A DNA stretch of 64,000 bases from an uncultured Candidatus Saccharibacteria bacterium (GTDB lineage Bacteria; Patescibacteriota; UBA1384; DTJR01), in the NCBI GenBank assembly GCA_964580065.1, contig CAZOJE010000001.1:87717-151716 (forward strand), in the 5' to 3' direction. Position 1 is the stretch's first letter, and each line of letters begins with the position of its first letter. Positions 44,482 to 55,088 of the stretch are shown here, in pieces. The notes below the pieces were generated by a model that ran no database searches, was not told where the DNA came from, and was given only the letters and a program-made list of their open reading frames with translations. Both the position numbers and the translations under genes were made by a program.

Positions 44482-44501
44482 ATATCAACAGCGGTTGATA
44501 T
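44482..44501. promoter_or_regulatory. Probable ArsR operator: 8-4-8 perfect palindrome 10 nt upstream of arsR start
   Basis: ATATCAAC-agcg-GTTGATAT. Confidence 0.5.
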
Positions 44502-45049
44502 TGTAAACAGTAAAATATTACGCAATAGATCCAGCAAGACAGAAATAACTAGCTTCAACTGTTGCATCCATTTAGAAAAATAAACGCTCTAAGGGCGGCC
44601 GAACCAAGACATAAATTGTAAAATATCCGGTAGCAGGGGCTAGGTGACGGTTCTCTTTTTGTTAAATAAAAAAATTAAAAAGGCCTAAAGCTATGGTTCA
44701 AAAAAACTGTCTCCTTTTTTTCCATTTCTATGCTATTTTGAAAAAAAAGAGCCCCGACGGCGAGTCTCGCAAAGCGAGACTACCATCGAGGCCCTAGGGG
44801 GCGAAATGGACAAGCACGACTTAGATACCGAAAAATCTTATTGAAATGTTCTTCGTTAAATAGTTAAAAACCTTACTAAAGTCTACCAAGCTACCAAGAT
44901 CGAAAAATAGGCAAAAATAAGGAACTAAAAATAGAAAAATAGCTCGCCCTTCTCTTTTTAAGTAATTTGCTTTTTTGTCGTAAAATGTCAAAATTTAATG
45001 GAGAATAATTTTAATTAATCTTTCTAAAACCAAGCAAGGAGGGTTTTTC

Positions 45050-46504
45050 TTGGTACCAACGAAATCTCATCCTGGGTTATTTGCTCGCGTCAGGTTTGTT
45101 TTTGTCGCGCTAGTAGTTTTGTTTACTGCTCTTAGCGGAATTCTGGCAAAAATGATCAGCGAGAATGCATCAGCCGACTCCGGCACGGTTATAATCGAGT
45201 CTAATAAAACTTATGGGACACTAAGCACCGAACTGACCGGTCGGGATATTGTGGTAAAAAGCGGCGCAACGCTGACTTTAAGCGGAAAGCAAAGATTTAA
45301 TAGTTTGCATATTGAAAGCGGTGCTACTGTGACTCATCCTGCCCTAGAGTTAACCGATATTGATTTGCAAACAAACGAGCTTAATACAACAGGGTCGGAA
45401 AAGGTACTTGATCTTGAAATAACTAACGATTTACTTGTTGCGGGTCGGATCGATGTATCGGGCAAAGGTTATCCGGCCTATCCAGCTGAAAACATTACTC
45501 ACGATTGCATGGCAAAAAACACCTGTGGGGCTGGTTATGGCCCGGGGGCAGGGAGCAACGTTGACACTCACGACGAAGCAACGCGAGCCGCCGGCGCCGG
45601 ACATGGCGGTACGGGCGCCAACGGCAACATAAACGGCACGGTTAGCACAAAAGTATTGGGTGGAAGAGCTTATGATTTTGCCATCAGGCCAACCTTACAT
45701 GGTTCTTCTGGAGGAAGTGCCAGCCGACATCGACACGATAATCATTCTGACGGTGGCCGCGGCGGCGGGGTTGTTTTGATTAAAGCTAGCGCTTTGCAAA
45801 TATCAGGTGGCGGGTCAATTGCCGCTAATGGTTTATCACAAACCGGAAGTGCAAACGGTGACATTTGGGGCGGCGGCGGTTCTGGCGGCACAATCAATAT
45901 TTTAGTTGACGATCCCAACCCGATTTCTTCATATATCAGCTCGGCAACTGTTTCGGAATATACCGAACTATTTAATTATGGCGTGGCTAATAGTGAAGGC
46001 ACGGTAATCGGAGCGACAAAATCGTCACAAGTTACCGAAGAAAGGCGCGGTTCTGGAGCAGTCAATCATTTTTATATTTTAGGCGGTGACGCGGTACTCA
46101 AAGCGCAAGGTGGCGCTTCGCAATATGGCGGTTTGGGCGCCGGAGGTCGAATATATGTTGGAAAAAATGATGACGCTTCACTAAATTCTTCTTCAATTGG
46201 TGTAATTAAAACAACTTATTCCGATTCAGCGATGACAAAAGTCGAATCAACCTTTGAAAAAGATCAAAAAGTTTACGTTAAGATTTTAATATATCAGCCG
46301 ATTGATTATTCGGGAAAAATTGTTTTTACCGATGATATTTCGAATGTTCAAAACGGTTCGGTAAAAACAGCCGAAGCATCTTTAAAAGATCGCAATTACG
46401 ATCCTTATTCTGGAATTACCAGCGAAGCTCGGCTGACATTTGAATTTCCGAGTGGACTAAAGAAGGGTTACGAAGAAATAACTTATGAATATGTTGCCAA
46501 TTAA
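45050..46504 (+). CDS. Secreted/N-anchored beta-helix-like Gly-rich protein (putative adhesin)
   Basis: N-terminal TM, Gly/Ser/Asn-rich repeats (…GGGGSGGTINILVDD…). Confidence 0.4.
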   Translation: MVPTKSHPGLFARVRFVFVALVVLFTALSGILAKMISENASADSGTVIIESNKTYGTLSTELTGRDIVVKSGATLTLSGKQRFNSLHIESGATVTHPALELTDIDLQTNELNTTGSEKVLDLEITNDLLVAGRIDVSGKGYPAYPAENITHDCMAKNTCGAGYGPGAGSNVDTHDEATRAAGAGHGGTGANGNINGTVSTKVLGGRAYDFAIRPTLHGSSGGSASRHRHDNHSDGGRGGGVVLIKASALQISGGGSIAANGLSQTGSANGDIWGGGGSGGTINILVDDPNPISSYISSATVSEYTELFNYGVANSEGTVIGATKSSQVTEERRGSGAVNHFYILGGDAVLKAQGGASQYGGLGAGGRIYVGKNDDASLNSSSIGVIKTTYSDSAMTKVESTFEKDQKVYVKILIYQPIDYSGKIVFTDDISNVQNGSVKTAEASLKDRNYDPYSGITSEARLTFEFPSGLKKGYEEITYEYVAN

Positions 46505-48350
46505 AAATAAAAATAGCAGCAAAAAAATGAATAAATGGCTGTCATTGGGACTGATTGTTTTGCTGGTGTCGGGCGTAGCGGTTTTTGCCCGATCGGGCTT
46601 GGTCTCTTCTGACACACACACGCCGGAAAAATATACAACTGATTTGGCGGGCAACAGTAAAACGACTTTCACCGTGGGGGAACAGGGCTATTTGAATCTC
46701 AAAATTTATGCTGAATCGATTGCCGCCTCGGCTGACAAAGCCGACGTCGTTTTGGCTCTCGACGCTTCCGGCTCAATGGACACCGTTGTCGGCTCGACGA
46801 CCAAGCTAGCCCAAGCCAAGGAAGCCATCAAAGCGTTTATTGGAAATATTCAAGATTCAGATGATATGAAAGTTGCGCTTGTGCTGTATGGCGGCAAGGT
46901 TCACTGTAGCATTATCGATCCGGCGCCGGAGGGCGTCGCGGCAACCTATTATCCGTTGACTTTAATGAACGATACCAACAGGAGCAATTTTAGTTCGCAA
47001 GTTGATGCTTTAGACGCGGCGGCGATCCAAACCAGTTTAGGCACGTCATCTTGCTACGGCTCAAATTACGCTAATCGAAATACGGGCGTCGGGTCGGGCA
47101 TGGACAGCGCGATTAACATTTTAAATGGGGCGCCTTCTCGTGGGGCTAAAAAAGCGGCGGTTTTGTTAACGGACGGACAGGAAAATTCCACGCCTTACGC
47201 CAACACAAATTTTTTTGCTGTTGCCGCCGCGGCTGATCGGCTGACTGCCGTGGTTGATAATTCGCCGATTGATAAAGCGATCAAGAATGACGTTTCCTTT
47301 TTTACCATTCACTATGGTTCAACTGGCAGTGCCTGTCGGGCAATGGCGGGCCCGTTCGCCAGCCCGCCAGCCGACGGTAGCGGCGGTTGCGCTCTGATGC
47401 GTTTCATTGCCGCTAAAACTAATAATCAAGTCATACCAACCGGCAAAACTTTTTCTTCTGATTACAAGCAAATAAGCGGCGTGGATGAAAAATTTTTCTA
47501 CAAAACGGCCAGTGCCGACGAACTCGAACTAATTTACAAAAATATCCTGAATGAAATTGCCGGAGCGGCTGGAGTACCGATCAATGTTTATGAAAAACTT
47601 TCCACTAACGCAACTTACGGTGGCTTTATTTCGGCTATTGATAAAGGCGGCCGGTCATATTCTCCAGCGGAATCCGACGGTTCGAAGGGTGAAAAAGTTT
47701 ATGCTTTTAACCAAGTTCCAAAATCTTACTTTTGTAATGCTGGCGAATCAGCTTGTAACGCCCAAGCAACAAAAAGCGGCTCGACCTACACGATCAGCGA
47801 CAACTATATCATTGTCAAAATAAAATTTACAGCCAATTCTTCGGGCGAATTTGATATGGATAGCAACCGTTCTCAATGTGGCGCAAGCGTAACCGAGCCG
47901 GTGTCTAAAGTTGAAATGCTCGATCCACAAGCCAACAATAAAGTGCGCGACACTTATGTTTTCCCTGAACTTTGTTTACATTTTGTTGATAGAACAGACC
48001 AAAGTATGCAGATTATTAAAAAGACTTATGGCAGTCCGCAAGGAGACGATGCCGATGAATCGCAACAAAAAGCTTTTTTTGACTCCGGCGATAAAGTTTA
48101 TGTTCGCTTAGAGGTCTTTGAACCCAATACGACCAGAACGCAATACGAAATCAAAGACGAGGTTCCGCCGACGGTTAGTGGTGAAATTCAGTATAATTTA
48201 AAGAGAATGTCTGACGGCACTAGCTATGCGGGTAAAGCTTCGGTATCAGTTGAAAACGGTCACCGAAGCTTAAAAATTATTGGCGCAACAGGTGTGGGCA
48301 ATAATTTATTAAATGGCAAAAATATAATTCAGTATTCTTATGAAATGTAG
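46485..48350 (+). CDS. von Willebrand factor A (vWA) domain surface protein
   Basis: N-terminal TM; MIDAS motif VVLALDASGSMDT…; …TDGQEN…. Confidence 0.7.
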   Translation: MNMLPIKNKNSSKKMNKWLSLGLIVLLVSGVAVFARSGLVSSDTHTPEKYTTDLAGNSKTTFTVGEQGYLNLKIYAESIAASADKADVVLALDASGSMDTVVGSTTKLAQAKEAIKAFIGNIQDSDDMKVALVLYGGKVHCSIIDPAPEGVAATYYPLTLMNDTNRSNFSSQVDALDAAAIQTSLGTSSCYGSNYANRNTGVGSGMDSAINILNGAPSRGAKKAAVLLTDGQENSTPYANTNFFAVAAAADRLTAVVDNSPIDKAIKNDVSFFTIHYGSTGSACRAMAGPFASPPADGSGGCALMRFIAAKTNNQVIPTGKTFSSDYKQISGVDEKFFYKTASADELELIYKNILNEIAGAAGVPINVYEKLSTNATYGGFISAIDKGGRSYSPAESDGSKGEKVYAFNQVPKSYFCNAGESACNAQATKSGSTYTISDNYIIVKIKFTANSSGEFDMDSNRSQCGASVTEPVSKVEMLDPQANNKVRDTYVFPELCLHFVDRTDQSMQIIKKTYGSPQGDDADESQQKAFFDSGDKVYVRLEVFEPNTTRTQYEIKDEVPPTVSGEIQYNLKRMSDGTSYAGKASVSVENGHRSLKIIGATGVGNNLLNGKNIIQYSYEM

Positions 48351-51300
48351 TCAAGCATTTAAAGGGTTTAAATATTTATTCATTGTTTCGATAACCATGG
48401 CAATTTTGCCGTTAGCCGGTTCAAAGGCGGCTGACCATATTGTGATGAAATGGCAAAATGACAATCAATGGAAAAGTACGATTGACCCTTGGACTTTGAA
48501 TAATGTCGATTTAGTCGGACAAAATGGCGGCTTAAGACTTGAGCGCAAAGATTTGGGTTATGCCGCCGAAGGGTACGCTACCTACCATTATTCACCCGGA
48601 AGCGTTAACGCGTGGAAGGGTGTGAGTGCCGAAGAAGGTTCAGTTAGTGAAGCTCGAACCAGCATTTGGCTTTCTGTCCACGACAAAGATACTCTGGCGC
48701 AACTAGCTCCGGACGGAACAATTATAAAGGAATGGTCGGTCGGCAAAGATCCTTCGCGAGTGGCAATGGGCTGTGACAGTGATGTTTGGGTAGCTAATAG
48801 GAGTTTGGTGGACGGCGGCACGAATTTGGCAAACTCCATTTCGCATATCATTCCTTTGCAAAATAAGGTTGTTACTCGAGCTTTTTCGCCCAATATTACT
48901 AATCCAACCGCGATATCGGTGCAATGCTCCGAAGGCAGCGCGTCAGTTTGGGTTGGCGTTGAAAATGATGACGTTTTCTATCGAATTGATGCGGATGAAT
49001 TCGACGGTTTGGCCGAAGGAACGGCAATCGATCCAACGGCAACGGCTTCGGGCGACCCTGTCTCGCTGGGTTGTACAGGAGAATGTACTTTGGGCTCTGT
49101 ATTAAGCCAAGATGGTAAATTCCTTTATGTTTTGGGCCGAACGAAGGTGATGAAAATTGACACAACAAGTTTAACAAAAACAAAGGAATTTACTATTTCA
49201 AGTGGGCAGATGATAACTAAGGATAACCGTGGCAATATTTGGGTCACTGACGGGGACAACAACACAATTTATCGAATTGATTCGGCGGAAAATTTATCAA
49301 CCTTAAATGTCAATTTGCCAACGGCGGGGATAACGGTTATTCCGCCGGGCGAACCGCTAAGCGCTGAAATTTTAGCATTTACAAATAAGGCGACAGGGGC
49401 ACTTTGCAAAGCGGAAATTACGGGCAATGATACAGCCGCCCCAACGCTCGGAACAATTACTTGTGCTGATGCGCCACCGGAAAACGCGCGCGGCTCCGGT
49501 ATTAGCTACGACCCTGTTACGAAAGACATTTGGTTAACATTAAAAGACGCCGCCAAGGTTTACAAGTACAGTTTTTCCAGTAATTATCTTTCTGCTCAAG
49601 CATACGATTCAAACACTTTGCAGGGAACATTGGATAGCTATGCTGATTTTGTAGGCACGACGTATTCGGAGGATAATCAGCATTTGGAATATCAATTTTC
49701 AACAGATAATCAAACATGGTATTCGAAAGACGATTTTAATGCCGGACGCCTGCCCAACTCGTCTGACCTTTATATTATGGTGAGATTTTATGGCAATACC
49801 TATTCTTCGCCCGTACTTAAGAGCCTGTCGGTGTCCTACGATATTGTCGACAATAATTTTTCAGGTGTAATTTTAGAAAAGAAGACTTTTTTGGCCGAAG
49901 GGGCGGGGTCGCTAAAATATACCGCTACAATCGAGCCCGGCAATGACGTAGTTGCTCGAATTAAAATTAAATCGGCTAATGCAATTTCAGGGGCAAGCTT
50001 AACTGATATTAGACCGAATACCGGTCTTTCAGGAGTGAGCCAAATTGGCAAGGCGGAATGCGGATTGGGCAATTTAGATAATTTAAGCCAACAAAATTTC
50101 AGTATTGACTCGCAAAATAATGTTTCTTGGAAAAAAATTGATTTAGCCGCTGGTGCTGAAACTTATTTCTGCTACAAATTTAAGCTCGATTATACTAAGG
50201 ATAAAAATGAGCTGATTCAAGCAAGGGCGATTTTAAGTGCGCCAAGTACCTCGAACAATAACGAAAATTCTATTCTTGCAACCTCGAATAATTATTACTT
50301 AATGAAAGGGTTGGCGTATCTGGCTTCGGATAGCACAACAAAAGAATTTGATTCGGCAACTTCGCCACTTTATGAAATAAATGACGAACTAAATCCATCA
50401 AATTCGGCTTACGTCAACGAAACAAATTCTGGTAAGTCGGTGCCTTTTTATGTCTACGAACGCGGTTTCGGTTCCCATAGCCGCGGTGGTAATTTGCTGA
50501 ATTTGCCAGTAACGGTTTCCTCTGGCGGCGAGGATATTGCTTTCGATCAATCTTATCTGCTTTATAATCCGGCCTTTTATTTATTCGGCAACATATTTTC
50601 CGGCTCGAACTATGCCGGCAATGCGCTCGACTTTAATTCACGCTTCGGCTCAATTAGTAATAAATCAGCCGATGACACCAATAAGCAAAATGGTGAGTCG
50701 GCCCTTTATGGTTATTATTTTGACAAAGAGTCAGTGGTTTATTGGGGTGATAGCGCCTCGGGCGGGAGTGACGAATATAAAAATAAGATAATGGCGGACA
50801 ATATTTCTAAATATACCGCCACGGCCACGCCCGATATCGAATGCAAACTTTCTGATGCCAACAAGCTAAAAACATCACCACTTAATTTTCAAACGAATGA
50901 TTGTGCTAATCTTGGCTCTATGGCCGACAAGGGCGATTCGTGGCCAAATGGAAGGGTTTGGTATTTGAGTACCGAAACCAATACTATTAATCTTGGTCCA
51001 ACAAACGGTTCGGCGGCCAATGTTTACGGCCGAGGGACGTTAATTGTTGATTTTAAAAACGAAGGAGCAAACAAGGTCATTATCAATAATTTGTCTTTTG
51101 TCGATCAGGCGAAACTTGGATTGATTGTTTTGGGCGGTGACGTTGAGTTTTCACGTTCAGCTACAAGCTTTAAAGGCATAATCTTTAACCCAAGTAATTC
51201 AAGCCGAAACACTTACTCGGGCGGCAAGGTGACTTTTATCAGCGAAGGAGAGCCGCTGAAAATTTATGGATCAATCGTGGCGGAAGAAATTGCTTTTAAC

Positions 51301-51411
51301 AAAAGGAAAAAATCTGGTAGCTATGGTATTGCGATTTACTCTGATGCCAAACTGATGAATCAGCCCCTGCCGGCGTTTGAAGGAATTAATTCAGTTTTGA
51401 CGGGAAAGTAA
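48340..51411 (+). CDS. Large (1023-aa) secreted beta-propeller-like protein
   Basis: Signal peptide/anchor; beta-rich repeats; no enzymatic motifs recognised. Confidence 0.4.
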   Translation: MKCSQAFKGFKYLFIVSITMAILPLAGSKAADHIVMKWQNDNQWKSTIDPWTLNNVDLVGQNGGLRLERKDLGYAAEGYATYHYSPGSVNAWKGVSAEEGSVSEARTSIWLSVHDKDTLAQLAPDGTIIKEWSVGKDPSRVAMGCDSDVWVANRSLVDGGTNLANSISHIIPLQNKVVTRAFSPNITNPTAISVQCSEGSASVWVGVENDDVFYRIDADEFDGLAEGTAIDPTATASGDPVSLGCTGECTLGSVLSQDGKFLYVLGRTKVMKIDTTSLTKTKEFTISSGQMITKDNRGNIWVTDGDNNTIYRIDSAENLSTLNVNLPTAGITVIPPGEPLSAEILAFTNKATGALCKAEITGNDTAAPTLGTITCADAPPENARGSGISYDPVTKDIWLTLKDAAKVYKYSFSSNYLSAQAYDSNTLQGTLDSYADFVGTTYSEDNQHLEYQFSTDNQTWYSKDDFNAGRLPNSSDLYIMVRFYGNTYSSPVLKSLSVSYDIVDNNFSGVILEKKTFLAEGAGSLKYTATIEPGNDVVARIKIKSANAISGASLTDIRPNTGLSGVSQIGKAECGLGNLDNLSQQNFSIDSQNNVSWKKIDLAAGAETYFCYKFKLDYTKDKNELIQARAILSAPSTSNNNENSILATSNNYYLMKGLAYLASDSTTKEFDSATSPLYEINDELNPSNSAYVNETNSGKSVPFYVYERGFGSHSRGGNLLNLPVTVSSGGEDIAFDQSYLLYNPAFYLFGNIFSGSNYAGNALDFNSRFGSISNKSADDTNKQNGESALYGYYFDKESVVYWGDSASGGSDEYKNKIMADNISKYTATATPDIECKLSDANKLKTSPLNFQTNDCANLGSMADKGDSWPNGRVWYLSTETNTINLGPTNGSAANVYGRGTLIVDFKNEGANKVIINNLSFVDQAKLGLIVLGGDVEFSRSATSFKGIIFNPSNSSRNTYSGGKVTFISEGEPLKIYGSIVAEEIAFNKRKKSGSYGIAIYSDAKLMNQPLPAFEGINSVLTGK

Positions 51412-51466
51412 AAATGTTTGCGTTTGATTTTGAAAATAGTGTATAATTTTATCTAAGAGGAGGGGA

Positions 51467-52078
51467 GTGGTCTCCGAAGAAGAAAAAAAGAAACTTCTCG
51501 ATACAGTTAGTGATGATATAGAAGATACTTCAAGGTCAGAAGGCACGAAGGTGGCGACTTTTGTTGTGTTCGGTTTTTGCGCCGCCGTGTTGGTGGCGGT
51601 AGTGATTGCTTTTAGCGCGCAAAAATCTAAAGAATCAGCCATAGAATCATTGGATTTATCCATTCAAAATGAGGTTACTAGCCAGTTGAATTCTTTGAAA
51701 ACGGAACAAAAACAGATTGCAACCATTCAGAAACAATTAGGTACCTTGAAGACTGCTCTTGATTCTCGCGAAAGTTTTGGCAAGATTCTGGGCGATTTTT
51801 CGGGGAATACTTTTAAAAGCGCTAGAATCAAGACCCTTTCGATCCAACAAGAAGAAATCAGCTTGACCGGAGAAACCGATAATTATTCCGATTTAGCAAA
51901 AGTGGTTAGCGGCTACCGTAAAATAGCTTCGATTGAGGATGTCAAATTGCAATCAGCTAGCTTCAATCAAGATTCGAAAAAAGTTGAATTTTCAATTGCT
52001 TTAAAAATCGACAGGTCGAAATACATTCTTAAAAAAGCGTCTGCGTCAGCGACAGCTACCGCGACACCTTCTTTATAA
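51467..52078 (+). CDS. PilN-like bitopic pilus assembly protein
   Basis: Short cytoplasmic N-terminus, one TM (VATFVVFGFCAAVLVAVVIAF), periplasmic coiled coil; first gene of pilus cluster 2. Confidence 0.4.
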   Translation: MVSEEEKKKLLDTVSDDIEDTSRSEGTKVATFVVFGFCAAVLVAVVIAFSAQKSKESAIESLDLSIQNEVTSQLNSLKTEQKQIATIQKQLGTLKTALDSRESFGKILGDFSGNTFKSARIKTLSIQQEEISLTGETDNYSDLAKVVSGYRKIASIEDVKLQSASFNQDSKKVEFSIALKIDRSKYILKKASASATATATPSL

Positions 52079-52079
52079 A

Positions 52080-52661
52080 ATGGAAAATAAAAATTCTTCT
52101 CAAACAATAATTCTCGCCGCGGCCGGTTTTTTGTTGGTGGCTTTTGTGGCGATAATTACTTACCTTGTACCAAAAGTGTCAGAAATAAAAACGCTTAATG
52201 ATTCCATTGCTAACAAACAACAAGAGCTAGCTTTGGGCCGACAAAAAGTGCAGGCAATACGAGATGCTATACAGGTGATTAATAAGGCCAAAAGAGAAAT
52301 TGAAATTTTGGGGATTGCGATTCCGGACAAGGAAAAAGCCGAAGAATCCTTAGTCCAGATCACCACGATTGCTTCAGCTAACGAGATAACGATTTCAAAT
52401 ATGTCATTTTCAAGCGGTTCGGATAAGAAAGCTAGCAAATTAACAGTCAATGTCACGGCGCAAGGTGACTATGGCAAGTTTGCCAGCTTTTTTAACGCTC
52501 TTAATACCAATCTTCGCCCCGTGGCTGTCTCGGGAATTAATTTTTCAAATAACGACAGTACAAATCAACTCGAAGCGGGGTTTGATTTAGTTTTTCCATA
52601 TCTAAGCGAAGATAGCGTTGCATCAACAAGTCAGGCAGACAACGGAGGCACAAATGAATAA
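52080..52661 (+). CDS. PilO-like bitopic pilus assembly protein
   Basis: TM IILAAAGFLLVAFVAIITYL + coiled coil + beta domain. Confidence 0.4.
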   Translation: MENKNSSQTIILAAAGFLLVAFVAIITYLVPKVSEIKTLNDSIANKQQELALGRQKVQAIRDAIQVINKAKREIEILGIAIPDKEKAEESLVQITTIASANEITISNMSFSSGSDKKASKLTVNVTAQGDYGKFASFFNALNTNLRPVAVSGINFSNNDSTNQLEAGFDLVFPYLSEDSVASTSQADNGGTNE

Positions 52662-52905
52662 AGGCGTTTTATATTTAGTCGCCAGTTTTGGGATAACCTT
52701 AGTTCTTTCAATCACATTGGGCTGGTTTTTGACTAAAACAAGTGTTGCCAGTGTCGATCCGGTTGCCAGCCAAACTGAAAGTATTACAGAAGAAGATTTA
52801 AGATCCGGTTCTTCGCAAACAAATTCGCTGAAGAATTACGGCGATCTTCCTCTGATACCTTCGGCCGATCAGCTTGGTCGAGAAAATCCATTCAGCTCAT
52901 ATTAA
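52618..52905 (+). CDS. Small membrane-anchored protein (PilP-like?)
   Basis: N-terminal TM only. Confidence 0.2.
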   Translation: MHQQVRQTTEAQMNKGVLYLVASFGITLVLSITLGWFLTKTSVASVDPVASQTESITEEDLRSGSSQTNSLKNYGDLPLIPSADQLGRENPFSSY

Positions 52906-52910
52906 CGTAA

Positions 52911-55088
52911 ATGCAACAAGGCGCATTAACACTAGTCAAAGATGAAACTATGGCTGTGGGAACTTTTTTGAGTTCCCTCGTTGATGTTGGTTATTTAAAA
53001 AAAGAAGACGCTTTCCCGTTAAAGGCAAAATATTCAAAAATTGAAGATTTGTATGACGCTTTGGCTAGTTTCGGTACGATTCCAGCCGAAAGATTGGCCG
53101 AGATTTTTGCTAAAGCGGTTGGCGTGCCCTTTGTTAATTTGAAATCAATCGATCCTAAGGCAATCGAGCTCATCGACAAGGACGTGGCTAAGAAATACGG
53201 TTTCGTTCCTTTTTATTACGACGAAAATATAAAGCTTCTTCAGGTGGCTCTTCTCGATCCGATCAAATTTTCGCGATTAGATCAATCGTCGGTTCAGGCA
53301 CTTGAGCAAAAACTTGGTCTCAATATCGAATTTTTTATCGCGCCACGTTCGGTTTCGGAAAAGGCGATTGATAGCGGTGTGGTAACGCCGCCAGCTAATG
53401 ATGGCGAGATAAAGCCGATGCCGATTAGGTTTGATGCCTCTAGCATTAAAGAAGAGATTTTGAAAAAAATTCCTCTTGATATCGCGGAAAAATATAAAGC
53501 GATAATTTTTCAAACCGGTGAAAATGGCGCATACGATGTAGCGGTGGCCGACACAAAAAACCCGGGATTGAACGAAATATTTAAGTTTGTTGAACAAAAA
53601 AGCGGTATCAAATTGAATTTAGTTTTGGCTGATTCAAGAGATATTGATGCGGCGCTCAATCGCTATAAGGCGCTTAACCAAAGTCCGCAAGCAATTCCAC
53701 CGGTTGAAGAAAAACCCGCTCCGGTTTCAACTGAATCGACAAAAAGCATTTTAGATTTAGCTTCGCAAAGCCATAGCGATACTGAATCGAAAATGAATCA
53801 GATTTCTGCCTCGGCTGGAAAAAACGACTCGACGATGGAAAATCCGGATCTAGCAAAATTTTTGCAAAAAGACAATGTGACGATTGATGATCTGAAAATG
53901 TTTACTAACACCGGACAGATTCCTCAAGCGGTTGCGGCAATATTATTTTTGGCTGTAACAAATCGAGCCAGCGATATCCACATTGAACCATACGAAAAAG
54001 CAGTTAGGGTGAGATTTAGAATTGACGGCGAGTTGAGCGAAGTAATTTTAATCCCCAGTAGTTTGAGTGCCGGCGTTGTGGCAAGGGTGAAAATTTTAGC
54101 AAAACTTAAAATTGACGAACAAAGGGTGCCTCAAGATGGCCGAATTGATGTTTTGGTCAAAAACGAAGCGGTTGATGTCAGAATTTCTACCTTGCCAACA
54201 GTTTTTGGCGAAAAAATTGTTATGCGTCTTTTATCGAAATCAAAAACTTTGGAAAAACTTGAAGATCTTGGTATAGATGGCTTGGCCTATGACCGAATTG
54301 TCCGAGCCATGAACCGCCCATATGGTGTTATTTTATCGACTGGCCCCACCGGTTCGGGCAAGTCAACAACTTTGTATTCGATTTTATCGCGGCTTAACCA
54401 GCCCCAGACAAATATTGTCACTCTTGAAGATCCGGTTGAATATGAAATTCAAGGTATTAATCAAGTTCAGGTTAAGCCGCAAATCGGTTTTGGTTTTGCC
54501 GATGGTTTGAGAAGTGTTTTACGCCAAGACCCCAATATTATTATGGTTGGCGAAATTCGCGATAAAGAAACGGCCGATTTGGCTACGCAAGCGGCTCTCA
54601 CGGGCCACCTTGTTTTATCCACGCTTCATACTAATAATTCGGCAGGCGCTTTGCCGCGGCTTTCGGATCTTGGCGTTGAACCGTTTCTTTTGACTTCGGC
54701 AATCAATGCCGTTGCCGGTCAGCGTCTTGTGAGGAGAATTTGTCCAAAGTGTCGAGAGGAAGTCAGCGTGCCTCAATCGGTTATGATCGAAGTAAAAAAA
54801 CAGTTTGAAAAAATTAATTTTTCACACCAGATGCAATTTTTTAAAGGGCGAGGTTGTGAAAATTGCAAAAATGGTTTCAAAGGGCGAGTGGGTATTTTTG
54901 AAGTTTTAGAGATGTCGAGTGAAATTGAAAATATGCTTCTTAACCATAAATCTTCGGAAGAAATATTTGCGCAGGCAACGAAAGAAGGTATGATTAGTAT
55001 GAGGCAGGACGGTTTAATCAAAGCGGTCAAGGGCCTCACTACTGTTGATGAAGTTTTAAGAGCAACAAGCGAAACCAAGGAGGGATAA
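52911..55088 (+). CDS. pilB: Type IV pilus assembly ATPase PilB/GspE (with duplicated N-terminal GSPII_E_N-like domains)
   Basis: Walker A LSTGPTGSGKSTTLYS, tetracysteine CPKC…CENCKNG. Confidence 0.85.
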   Translation: MQQGALTLVKDETMAVGTFLSSLVDVGYLKKEDAFPLKAKYSKIEDLYDALASFGTIPAERLAEIFAKAVGVPFVNLKSIDPKAIELIDKDVAKKYGFVPFYYDENIKLLQVALLDPIKFSRLDQSSVQALEQKLGLNIEFFIAPRSVSEKAIDSGVVTPPANDGEIKPMPIRFDASSIKEEILKKIPLDIAEKYKAIIFQTGENGAYDVAVADTKNPGLNEIFKFVEQKSGIKLNLVLADSRDIDAALNRYKALNQSPQAIPPVEEKPAPVSTESTKSILDLASQSHSDTESKMNQISASAGKNDSTMENPDLAKFLQKDNVTIDDLKMFTNTGQIPQAVAAILFLAVTNRASDIHIEPYEKAVRVRFRIDGELSEVILIPSSLSAGVVARVKILAKLKIDEQRVPQDGRIDVLVKNEAVDVRISTLPTVFGEKIVMRLLSKSKTLEKLEDLGIDGLAYDRIVRAMNRPYGVILSTGPTGSGKSTTLYSILSRLNQPQTNIVTLEDPVEYEIQGINQVQVKPQIGFGFADGLRSVLRQDPNIIMVGEIRDKETADLATQAALTGHLVLSTLHTNNSAGALPRLSDLGVEPFLLTSAINAVAGQRLVRRICPKCREEVSVPQSVMIEVKKQFEKINFSHQMQFFKGRGCENCKNGFKGRVGIFEVLEMSSEIENMLLNHKSSEEIFAQATKEGMISMRQDGLIKAVKGLTTVDEVLRATSETKEG

